Positions 14,901 through 28,100 of a stretch of DNA of 64,000 nucleotides are shown in pieces. This DNA is from Octopus sinensis. Lineage: Eukaryota. The position numbers and the translations under genes are program-made. Numbering within the stretch: position 1 is the stretch's first letter; every line of letters starts with the position of its first letter. The stretch is taken from the NCBI RefSeq assembly GCF_006345805.1, contig NC_043006.1, positions 30,690,001-30,754,000 on the forward strand, read 5' to 3'. A model generated the notes under the pieces. The model was given only the letters and a program-made list of their open reading frames with translations. It did not search any database and was not told where the DNA came from.

Positions 14901-17900
14901 CTCCAGGTTGAGAAACCTGTGCAAAGAGGAAATAGCCAAGAGTCAAAGGACTAGGAAGGAAAGAAGGGACAAAGTGCTTAGTTTGGAGCTTGGTGGATGG
15001 GAGGACATAATTTGGGTGACAAGAGAAGGCAAGAAAAGTTAGTCTGAATAGAGATGACCAGAATTTGTAGAAAAGGCAGAGAGAAGAGACAACATGCCTG
15101 TAATCAAGGTGTTGGAATGTGATTGTGAATAACATCATGGCCAATCTTTGGTCACAGAATCAGGATGTCTTTGATTACAGATCTACTGAAGAAATGCTGA
15201 ACTGGGGTGAAATAAAAACAACAACAAAAATACAACAAGATCGGGAAAGTTGATATCGAAGGAAAAGTTTGGGTGATGACTTGAAAGAGATGTGAGGTGA
15301 GATAAAAATTTTCATTGCAGGATTATTTTTTATCATAGTTTGATTTAATTGGGTCTGGTGTAAGGGTAAACAACAACAATGATGACAATGACGACAGCAG
15401 CAACAATATACTTATATATTTATGAACCTAGTCAACCCCAAGTTATCTTCTTTCAAATCACATATCTATCTAAACCCATCTATCTAACAACCAGCCTATG
15501 CCTGTGTAACTAGCTACAACTCTGTGTGTGTGTGTGTGTGCGTATGCGCACATGCATGCGTGTGTGTGTGTGTGTGTGTCTGTGTGTGTGGTTGTGCATG
15601 TGTGTGTGTATGTATATACTTGTATGCATGTGTTGTATCTATGTATACATGCATAGCCACAGGATTGGCTCTGTGGTAAGAAGCTTGCTTCCCAATCACA
15701 TGGTTCTAGGTTCAGCTCCACTGCATGACACCTTGGGCAGGTGTTTTAACTATAGCCTCAGACCAACCAAAGCCTTAGAAATGGATTTGGTAAATGGAAA
15801 CTCAAAGATAATCGTCATATATATGTATATGTGTGTGTGTGTGTGTTTGTGTTTGAGTCTGTGTTTCCACCCCCACCTCACCATTTCACAATGGGTGTCG
15901 GTATATTTGCATCCCTGTAACTTAGCAGTTTGGCAAAAGGGTCCGATAGAATAAGTATGAGACTTAAAGAAATAAGTAGTGGGCTCAATTCATTTTGACT
16001 AAAATTCTTCAAAGAGGTGCACCAGCATGGCCACAGTCTAATAACTGAGACAAGTAAAAGATAATTCACACAGGTCACACAGATCTATATACATCCATCC
16101 ATCTTTCGACCAACCTGTCTAATATATCTGGTCAACAACAATCTATACCTCCACTCCTATGTTTATTTTGTATCTGTCTGTCTGCCTATCTATCTATCTA
16201 TCTATTTTTACCTATCTATATTTATTTACCTACCAATCTTTCTCTACCCTTCCTCTCTCTCTCTCTCTCTCTCTCTCGTTATTTAACACCAACTCACTTG
16301 TGTTACAATTGTACAATTAAAGTCACGCAGCAGACAGTGACAAAAGGTTATCAAAAACATGGCAACTGGTTATGTGACTAGAATATTCATGCTCCCAGTT
16401 GTGTGTTTGACATATTTGTCAGGTCAAATGAGGGTGATGTGATCACTGCTCTCTTTTACTTGTTTCAGTCATTTGACTGCGGCCATGCTGGAGCACCGCC
16501 TTTAATCGAGCAACTCGACCCCGGGACTTATTCTTTTGTAAGCCCAGTACTTATTCTATTGGTCTCCCGCTAAGTAACGGGGATATACCAGCATTGGTTG
16601 TCAAGCAATGTTAGGGGGACAAACACAGACACACACATATATATATATACATATATACGACGGGCTTCTTTCAGTTTCCATCTACCAAATCCACTCACAA
16701 GGCTTTGGTCGGCCCGAGGCTATAGTAGAAGACACTTGCCCAAGGTGCCACGCAGTGGGACTGAACCCGGAACCATGTGGTTGGTAAACAAGCTACTTAC
16801 CACACAGCCACTCCTGCTATTCAATATGGCTAACTGCTTAAAGGACTTTTATATCTTTGCTTGAATGAATATTTTATTTCGATGCTTCACAACTGGATTC
16901 AAATAAATAGTTACTAGGCATATTCTATTGGTTTCAAATTTTGACACAAAGCCAGCAATTTTGTGGGAGGTGTAAGTTGATTACATGAACCCCAGTACTT
17001 CACTGGTATTTATTTTATCAGCACTGAAATGATGAAAAGCTAAACTGACCTTGGTAGGATTTGAACTCAGAATGTAGAGATAGATGAAATGCTGCTAAGC
17101 ATTTTGCCTAGTGTACTAATAGCTCTGTCAGTTCACCACCTTTCCCAGACTCATTATGTTGACAACAGAGCTGAGATTTAGCGGAATCCACTAAGTAATA
17201 ACAAATTAACAAACAACATTGATGACAATTAACCCCAAAATATGGAACCTGTTGACATATTTGTGGAAGAACTCTGGAATAAAAGCCAAGTTGCTTATGG
17301 CAGCTGGTTCTATTGAAATATGGTAGAATGTGCTGAAAAGCAGTTATTATATTTGTACAAGTGAACGAAACGAGTCAGTTAATCACAAGTAATTTGGCTA
17401 TTTCTATGTAAAAGGGAACAAAACTATCAGAAATTGGCAACAGGTTAAAATCTAATCCCTGAATGAAACACACGCACACACTTGTCAGTTTGCTTTAATG
17501 CAATACACATTAACAGATACAGTTCTATATTTGAGAGATGAGGAATTATGTACATTATTTACACCTGTCGGATATGAGGACAAATATCCGTCAAATGTAA
17601 TGTAAATAACATTAACAGATATTTTAGACAATATTTTAGATTGACATTCCACTCCTCCACTCGTACTGTAAATATATTATCCATGCAGAGATAACTGGAA
17701 TATTCATAATAAAATACAAATGTTGTCAAAGAACAGATGTAAATGTTGACACCTCTTCAAAGACACATTCTGAGAACAGACAGAACAAAATTTTACTCAT
17801 AGCAGGAATGGACAACTATTAAACCGTTTCTGTGGTTCTTGTGGTTTCTATTAAGCTACTGTCAACTGACCAATAGCATTAAGGTGGCCAAGCAAAAGGC

Positions 17901-20900
17901 TTTTCTGTTTATTTAGAATCTCACACAAGTTGCCACTCAAAAGAAAACTGTGTTATCTCTTGTATTATTATATGACTTTTTTTCAGTGAACTGTGCTAGG
18001 GTAAGAGGAACTTGAGATGGTGTTTAGGGTCCAGGAGCAATAGAATGAAACTTGTAATTACACTTACCAAATTTGTGAAGATGAATTCAAACCGTGTCTG
18101 GGCTTTGGCCAAAACATAGAGGGCATCAGTTGTCCCTCTCAGTTTCTGTAAACATGCAAACAAGTGATTAGGGTGAGAATTATAGAAATGAATAATCAAT
18201 GATAGTGGTGGTGATCAAGGTGAAATCATTGACAAATGAAACTATTAAACTACTATCCGGTGGTTTCTATGTATTGTTTATGACAGAAACATTGAACCCT
18301 CAACTGACACAGTCCACTTTGTTTAAACAGGTCTTCTAGATCACGCATAGTGCATCGCTACTAGCAGCAGTAGGAGCACTGTAATTAAACAGTGTTTCAT
18401 AAGCTGACAGTGAAGAAGGTGAGGGGAGGGTCTTCATGGTGCACATCTCAAGTGGAGTGTGGACACCTAACATAAAAGCTGTTGCTTTTGTAAATGCAAT
18501 TAAAATAAACTAGAAGAATACCTGTCATTGTCAGGTATATAAAGAATGCACTTGTTGACCAGTTTGGTGAGTGAGAACCATTGTAATTCTACATAATTTT
18601 ATCTGGAACATGACTGTACACTATTTGCTATATTGTTGAAATTATAACTGTTTCTTTCTTATTTCTTTGCAGTCCAATAACCCACTGCATACACACACAC
18701 ACACACCACACACACACACATCAAGGTGGCCTGAAACGTTCACAGGTAGACTATGAAGGAGTGTTGCTGGAGCTGTGAAATCTTGCATGCATTCATTTCA
18801 ATTCTTCTTATTAATAACTGTATTGTTTCTTTTCAGGTAAACTACATCTGACTGTTCAAAGAAAACTTCAAAAGTAACTAATGGCAACTTCATTTGAAAA
18901 TGGACAAAATTTGGCATTGTGGTGTTATCAGGTATTTGCAGAAAAACAGTCTTGTCCCCAACAACATTCATGCTGACATGGTTGCTACATTAGGGGATGG
19001 ACACACCAGTTTTATTAACAATGCAAAAGTGGGCAGCTGAATTTAGGAGGGGAAGGGAATGGAGTCTTGAAGATGACCCAAGGTCTGGACATTGTGCAGA
19101 AACATTGATTATGTTCATCACTTGGTGACAGATGACAGGTGACTGACTATAAATCAAAGAGCCAAAGCTATTAGCATATCCTGTGAGAGAGTTCGGAATA
19201 TTCTGCATAATGAACTTGACATGACGAAGGTTTCTACTTTGGTGGTTTCACATCTGACACCTGACCAAAAGTGCAAGAGGCTGATCACATCATGGAAAAA
19301 TTTGACATTGTTTGAGGCAGTTCCAGTTGGTCTCCTTGAACATTTCCCAAACCTGTATGAGTGTTGGCTTCATCACTTTGAGGCAGAGACAAAAAGACAA
19401 TGCATGCAGTAGAAACACCCTTCCTCACCTGCTCCAAAGAAGGCTCAGATCGTTTCATCTGCAGGGAAAGTGATGACCTAGGATTTTGGGATGCTAAAAG
19501 CATTGTGTTTATTGACTATCTTCAAAAGGGCCACACCATGAATGGTAAATACTACGTCATCTTGCTGAGAACGTTACAAAAGGCTATCAAGACCAAATGC
19601 TCAGGAAAACTGACAAAAGGGGTCTTGTTTCATCAAGACAATACTCCAATACACAAGTCCTTGGTTTCTATGGCTGCTGTATGTAACTGTGGCATTGAAC
19701 TGGTTGAGACACCCCACCACCACCACCTGCTCTATTCTCCTGAATAGTCTCCATCTGGCTATCATCTGCTCCCCAATGTGAAAAAAACACTTGGCTGAGG
19801 ATCACTATTGTATTGGTGATGACGTTGTTTCTGCTGCTGATAACTTTTTTTGACCAACAGAATGAAAGCTTCTTCACCAATGGGATCCAACCATTGCAAC
19901 ACCAATTGAAGAAATGTGTAGACTGCAAGGGGAGGGTACTATGTTGTAAAATGAACTTTATTTGGTCACATTCCGTGAGAGTATCTTGGTCAACCTATGA
20001 ACTTTGCAGCTGACCTTCCCATGTACATACATGCATGCATGCATATATACAGCTGCAGCCAGTTTTTGAAGCTGAGGGGATATAAACTCTGTTTGACTTT
20101 CTTCTCTTTTTCTCACCCCCTCATGAAAGATTGACTCTGAAATGTTGGATATTCCAGTCCTCGTGGCAAGTTCACTGTACCCCTTTCACTCTTTACATAT
20201 ATACAAACATACATATATTTATTTTTACAAGAAATGTGATGTCAGAGAGCTTGAAGTTTTTTTTGTTTTGGGCAGGCAAAAGCTGTGGATTATGTTTTTA
20301 TAAATATTTCTTTTATCAGCATAGCTATTTGTAAGTATATTTACAATATATTATTTTGGATCTATGGATATATGCAGATGTGGGGCATCATAAAAATGTG
20401 TACATATACCTGTATATAAATAAATGCATTAAAAAAATTTCTAAGCTTGATTAATCTTCCAACAACTTTGCATATATGTGTATAAATGTGTGTGTGTATA
20501 TATATGTGTATGTATGCATATATCAGAAATGGGTATTTTGGTAGAAAGTTTGAAAATTTTAAGATAATTTCTACAGAACTTCTTCAATGTGGTTATGTAT
20601 ATCATGGAAACAGTTTGTTGTGATGGGATGGAGAGTAGGTGGGATATTGCATATTTAGCTGTTAGAAAAAAAAATATTGGTTTGAAATGTTTTAATGTTT
20701 TGAAGATTTTGTGTCTGTGGAAGAGACTAATTCAGAGTTTTGCTTAAGAATTTGATTTCTCAATATGAGAATGTGGTAGGCTTCATAGATACAAAGTTGG
20801 TAGGATCTGTTGTTTCCTCGGTATGGTTGTGTGTGTGTGACAATATTTTCAAATTAATGCTAAATGGAGTATTCTTTGATTTTAGTGTTGATATATGTTT

Positions 20901-23900
20901 GGATATTAAGGTATCATTTTTCCTGTTTGGGTTGCAAAAAGTATGCATATGTTGGTTGTATCATATCTTAAAGTGGTTTGCTGTGTACTCCATATATGCA
21001 ATATAGTGTTTGTGGTTACAATTGTGCTAAAGATGATACTACTAATGCAACAGTTTCAGTTTAGAGGACAGGTTAGAGGGTTCTACAGTTGCTACTATTG
21101 TAGTTGTGTGTGTGGCTTTACTTTTCAACTTCAGAAAGTTTCAGGGGATTGTAATTGTCAACAGTTTTTCTAAAGTTGCTAGTTGTGGAATATAATATTT
21201 TTATGTTCTGTTCATTAATTAGTTTGTGGTACATGTGATTAAGGTTGAAGTGGTTTTGGAGTATTCTGAAAAATAATTTGATTATCAGTATGGATACTAT
21301 TGCTTTTTTAAATCTAAGAAATAGACATATTTCTCTTTTAATATATTATTGCTAATGTCAAATTAAAAAGAAATGGATTTCGGGTTTTAGTAAAAAAAAT
21401 ACTTACTGAATTGGCTGTCTTGGTAGCTATACTGATAATACAGCTTAGTCCAATAGCTGCAAGATGATGATGATAGGTACACAATTAATTTTGATAACAA
21501 AAGTATAATATTAAGTTGGCAAGAAAATAATTTTGTTTTCACAAATAGATAGTTACAATTTTTTTGAATGACTTTTGATAATGTTATGATTTTTTTCCTT
21601 TTGGACATTTGATAGCTGTTACTTTTAGCTTACTTAAAAAGCAAATTGCATGTAATTTTGTTTACAGCTGTTAGCTCAGTGTCAATTTTAACATGGTGTG
21701 CAAAAACGAACATTTTCACCATATTTTACTTTTTCTGTAAAGGCAAGAAAGCTGCTGAGGCCCACAAAGAGATATGTGAAGCTTATGGTGTTGATTGCTT
21801 AACAGAATGCACGTGTCAGAAATGGTTTAAAAAATTCCATTCTGAAGATTTTTCACTCAAAGATGATCAATGTTTTAGTCCACCTACTGAAGTTGATGAT
21901 GACTGAATCAAAGTTTGCAAAATTCTTTGATTGGTAAAACTTTCAATAATGATGATGACTTGAAATCACACTTGCTTTGTGTTTTTGGCTGATAAGGACC
22001 AGAAGTTCTATGAGTATGGAATTGTGCAGTTATCAGAAAGATGGCAAAAGGTCATCGAACAAAATGGAAAATATATAATTGATTGAAGTTCATTCTTTGT
22101 ATGAAAAAAAAAGGCTTTTATTTCACACCAAAATTACTTTCTTACCAATCCAATAGTAGTAGGTGGCAGTGGTGGTGGTAAGTGATAGTGGTGTTGGTGA
22201 TGGTGGTTGTGATGGCGGTGATGGTGATGATGATATTGATGAAGACATAAGCAACTCAACTACATAAGTAACTGAAAGGATACTTCAGTGCCACCAACAG
22301 TTACTTGGCTTTGATTAATGATCATTCAGTGTTAGTTGCAAGAATAGTGTCACTCACATTACATCAGCCAATGCATCTCTTGTTAAGATTGATTAAATAT
22401 GATTTGAAGGTGATTTAGCTGCTATTTCTACCAGGTTGAGTGACATATAGAGATTTTCCCATTGACTTGTGTGTGTGTGTGTATGCATGTGTGTGAGTGT
22501 GTGTGTGCTATTTATGGTAGTCATTCCTAAATAGTTTTACTGTATCCATGTTTCCCTCTTTCTTCCTCTGTTTCCACTCATTCACACAAATACATCGAAC
22601 AACAGGCTGTGTGGTAAGTAGCTTGTTTACCAACCACATGGTTCCAGGTTCAGTCCCACTTCGTGGCACCTTGGGCAAGTGTCTTCTACTATAGCATCGG
22701 GCCGACCAAAGCCTTATGAGTGGATTTTGTAGATGGAAACTGAAAGAAGCCAATCGTATATACATGTATATGTTTGTGTGTCTGTGTTTGTCCCCCACAA
22801 AACATCACTTGACAATTGATGCTGGTGTGTTTACATCCCTACAACCTAGTGGTTTGGCAAAAGAGACTGATAGAATAAGTATCAGGCTTACAAAGAATAA
22901 GTCCTGGGGTCAATTTTCTCGACTAAAGGTGGTGCCCCAGCATGGTCGCAGTCAAATGACTGAAACAAAAAAAAACACTAAAGATAAAAATACACAATAA
23001 GTAACACAATGCCATTGGTGGGTCATATTACCAAGTTTTGGATTGTTTTACATATCCAGCAACCAAAGGTGAGAGAGAGAGAGAGAGAGAGAGAGATGAA
23101 ATTAGTTGAATATTTTAATTTGGTAAAAACAATATACCTCTAAATGATTCAATTCTCTAATTGTCGACATAATTGGTCAGTTATCAACAATCTTTCAGAA
23201 AGTAGACAAAGTAAATATATTTAATAACGGACGAATAATACTTACACAAATTGATTCTCGGAATAACCTGGGCATGCCAGATAAATCTCAAGTTTGTTAC
23301 AATCAGGCGTCCTTGAAAAAATGAAAATAATTAACAGTGACAGGGTTCATAAAGAATGAATTTCTCTTTGTTGTATTTCAGGATGATTATTTTTTTTTTA
23401 CCAAATATACACACATACTATACATTTGTTCTTCACTTGTTTATTACTGTTCTTATTTTTTAGAATTATTTTAACTCATGTCCATTGTCCGGAAATCTTT
23501 CATCACACATCTGTGACCTCTTCAGTGATACTTTTCATTTTCGTGTGTGTTCTTGCTCCAATAAATGATTTTGTTTGCCTAATATGATAATATTGCAAAA
23601 TATTACAATCATTTTATACTTAGAGTAGTTTTAACAGCTGCTATTTCATCATGATGGATTGTGTGAGATGTGTGTTGAATGATGACGTCATCACTCATCT
23701 CAGTACTGTGTCACCTCATTTGTGATGCTCCACATTCTGAGACACAACTTCATCTCTTCCTCCTTTATATTTTCTAGTCTGTAACAGCCATGGGTGTCAT
23801 CTCTCAAAACTTTTTCATTCAGCACTCCTCATACAATCACAGTCATCTTCACTGCATACGTAAACAGGAATGCTCATTAGCCAACCTGTCTCTCAGCTCA

Positions 23901-24707
23901 TTTTTGTTTCACCCTCCACTAATACAACATGTCTAATCAATCACTTCCACCCAGTTCCCTTCAGTTATTGCAATTTATCCATATTCAATTCTCATGTCAC
24001 ACCATCAAGAAACAAATACTTTTAAAAGATGACTTTCAATACAGTCTGTATTTTTACACACACACACACACAGAAGCCCTACATTTTAAATAGAACTAAA
24101 AGTTCTATATCTTTTCTCTTTAAGCAACTTATAGTGTCACTGCAGTCATTTACAAAACTAATTATGTTACCACGGTAATATAAATCACCTCCTGCTTGTA
24201 GCAAGTTGGTGAAGCAGTTCAGCAGTTCCTGCTCCTGCTATTAATTGCAACGTTGCAGTTACCATATCTAAAACTCAGTTCTCTGACAGTCTGCCAGTGA
24301 TCTCACTTCACCATTTGTTTACAAAGTATTGAGTTCCCATCTGCTCTCGTCCAATATATTCAGCAAGGCCATTTCCTAATTAGCACTAAGATTAGATATT
24401 CTCTCTAACTAATCAGTAATTGGGGTTTAAATTAAGCCAGTGGAATCTCAGTGATATTTCCTAACTTGGAACACTTTTTCTGAGGCTTTATCAGAGATTC
24501 TACAATGAGAACCAAGTGATCATCATATGGAAGTTAGTAAGGAAATATGTATCACAGTCCCTGAATGTACTTTAAAATAACAACACCATTAGAAATAAAA
24601 TAGCTGTTATATAATCCTAGTCACATACACACATACATACATATATCAGTGTTTGTGTATGCATTATATATATATCTTTCTATCTATATATATTTACATA
24701 TATGTAC

Positions 24708-24756
<49 letters not shown>

Positions 24757-25093
24757 TGTACATATATGTAAATATATATAGAAATATATATATATATATA
24801 TCATCATCATCATTGTCATCGTTTAACGTCTGCTTTCCATGCTGGCATGGGTTGGACGGTTTGACTGAGGGCTGGCAAGCCAGAAGGCTGCACCAGGCTC
24901 CAAACCAATCTGGCAAAGTTTCTACAGCTGGATGCCCTTCCTAACACCAACCCCTCTGAAAGTGTAGAGCATGCTTTTTACATGCCACCGGCACAAGGGC
25001 CAGTCAGGCAGCACTGGCAACGACCACACTTGAATGGTGCTTTTTATGTGCCACCAGCATATACATACATATGCATGCATGCACAAACACACA

Positions 25094-25135
<42 letters not shown>

Positions 25136-28100
25136 AGCTTTTATTTAGTTATCATTTATTAAGCCTTGTGAAGGCACGTGGCTTAGTGGTTAGGGTGTTG
25201 AACTCATGATCGTAAGGTTGTGGTTTTGATTCCTGGACCGGGCGATGCATTGTGTTCTTGAGCAAAACACTTCATTTCCTGTTGCTCCAGTCCACTCAGC
25301 TGGCAAAAATGAGTAATCCTGCAATGGACTTGCATCCCATCCAGGTGGGGAATTTCTACTGAAACCAGGAAACCGACCCTTATGAGCCTGGCATGGCTCG
25401 AGAAGGAACATTTTATTAAACCCTACCTCTTTCTCCATTATTCCCTTTTGTGTCTTCCACACTGTCAACAATGTCAACAACTTTCTCCCCACTCCGTGGT
25501 TGCATCTGTCTGTAATGAGAGAAGAAAGTATAGAATACTCTTGTCAATATTCATGAACGTCGCAGCACAAAATCAGTAACATTCTTAAAGATTTGAAAAA
25601 GGTGATATGAGGCGGAATAAGTTGAGAAATCAAATGTGCAGCAGAAGTGAGAAGATGGCATTAGTGTTGGAACACAATGTGTTTGAAAGGCATTGGCTGA
25701 ATGAAGAAATGCCAAGCATTCAAATCGAAGGAAATCTGTTGAAGAAGGAGGATGAGAAAACACAGGATGAATTGGTGAAGACTCGTGTCAAAAATCTGAA
25801 CTTCATGAAAATGATGACACAGATCTGTGAAGCATCGAATCATATTCTGCTGCAAAAGAAACATTCAAATGTGCAAGAATAGTGAAATGGACATTGCAGA
25901 AGTCTGGCAGCTGAATATCAATATTTGCATATCTCACCCTGATATAGACTTACCCATCTACCCAAGCAACTCTTCCTTACCCTCTCATTTATTACTTACC
26001 TCTCCCACTCCTTCATACCTATTTCTTTATTACCCACAAGGGGCTAAACGTAGAGGGGACAAACAAGGACAGACATAGGTATTAAGTTGATTACATCGGC
26101 CCCAGTGTGTAACTGGTACTTAATTTATTGACCCCGAAAGGATGAAAGGCAAAGTCAACCCCGGCGGAATTTGAACTCACAACGTAACGGCAGACGAAAT
26201 GCCGCTAAGCATTTCGCCCGGCGTGCTAACGTTTCTGCCAGCTCGCCGCCTTTTACCATTACATTCAATCCTCTACCAACACCATCCTTTACAACACTGT
26301 TTCTCATCCATCATCAGGCATAATGAGGTGTAATGAGGAATAGCATTGAATTGGTCCTTATCCAATGTCCTCTTCTTTACTACTGGCCACAACTCTTACC
26401 TGTATCACTCTTATTGCAATGCCTCAATCTGGTTTACTTTAGACTGGGGTCAATATGAACCTTGAGGGTTCACATAAGATTTTATTGTTAAAATTTATGG
26501 GTAAAAAATTGGTTATACTTCTATGATAACAACAAAACATTAAAATTTTTTATACAATCCCTATTAAAAAAAAATGGAATGGTTATGGAGGTTTAATAGA
26601 GAGAAATAGGATTCAAATGGGTCCATAGGTAAAAAAAAGGTTGTGAGCTACTGAGTTAGACCATCTGTTTCTGTTAACCATCACTCACTCTCAGCATCAT
26701 TCATCTTTGCTATCCTTCAATCTTTCTTACTCAATACTAGATGTAGAGTCAAATTTATTATAAATTTCATTTTCACTGGGATTGTGTGTGTGTGTGTGTA
26801 ACAGAAAATAAATTGTAGCTGGAAAAAATAATTGTTTATTAAAAACTGAATATTTTTCTTGTTTCAATTTATATTATTTATTTGAGACAAGTATTAGTTT
26901 TCACAAAATTGTAAAGCCATGATGATATAAAAGTGACACACTAAATATGATAATATAACACTTAAAAGATGATGAATAATTGAAACAACCCAAACAGGAA
27001 GTCTGAAATATTTATTAACAAAATATGAGTGAATAAATGGAATATTTGTTGTAATCATCACCACCACCACCACCACCATCATTTAATGTTCCCTTTTCCA
27101 TACTTGCATGGGTTGTACAGAATTTGTTGAGGTGAATTTTCTACAGCCGGATACCATTCTTGTTACCAATAATGTTTCCCAAGATCAGGCATGTTACAAC
27201 TACCATGTGAAGTCAAGGAGACAGTTACACACATATATATGATGGGCTTTTTCAGTTTCCACCAGCCAAACCCACACACAAGGCCTATAGTAGAAGAAAC
27301 TTACCCAAAGTGTTGTGCAGTAGAACTGAACCTGCAACCATGTGGTTGGGATGCAAACGTCTAACCACACATCCATGTCTGTTCCAATAAATTTCTAGTA
27401 ATATATATATATATATATATCTTATGGATGTACTGTGTTAAATAATGCAGAGAAATATGCCAGCAGCAGACAAAAAAAATCCTCCGGCAGTGATAGTGGT
27501 ATTACTAAATGTGCATTTCTGCGTGTTTCAGCTTTATCAGTAGACAAAATCTATTGCTACTAATGTAGGGAAACAGTAATGATATACAGGTGGCTATTTC
27601 AATATATTTAAGTTGTTGATAAAGCATCAAAAATTGTTGTTTGAGATTTCTTATGATATTTCATTCAGCTTCAATTTCACCTGACTTGAGTTATTCTAAT
27701 GTTTTTTACCTGATACTCAGTTGATTCCATGCCATATATGATTCTCAGAGAAATTATCTTCTGCACATTGTATTTTTAATTCGTATTAAATTTGAAAAAA
27801 AATTAAACTGATTCACTCAATTTCTTTTAATAATCACTTTAAACAGATCCAGTCATGTTTTGTTGTTATAAGAATCTGGCCCTTTCAGAAAGTATGAATT
27901 TCTTGAGGGGACCACCTGATGACATTTCCATAAATCTTATACTGCTAATATTCATTGTATTTTTAAGACCTAAGCTTTTACACTATTACCAAAATTTTTC
28001 ATGTGGCTAACATAACTGTTTTAGATAAAGAGAAATCTATTGTTTATCTGCTTGTTTTTTATCACAAGTGTTTACAAGATTTTTCTTGCTGCTACAGTAC

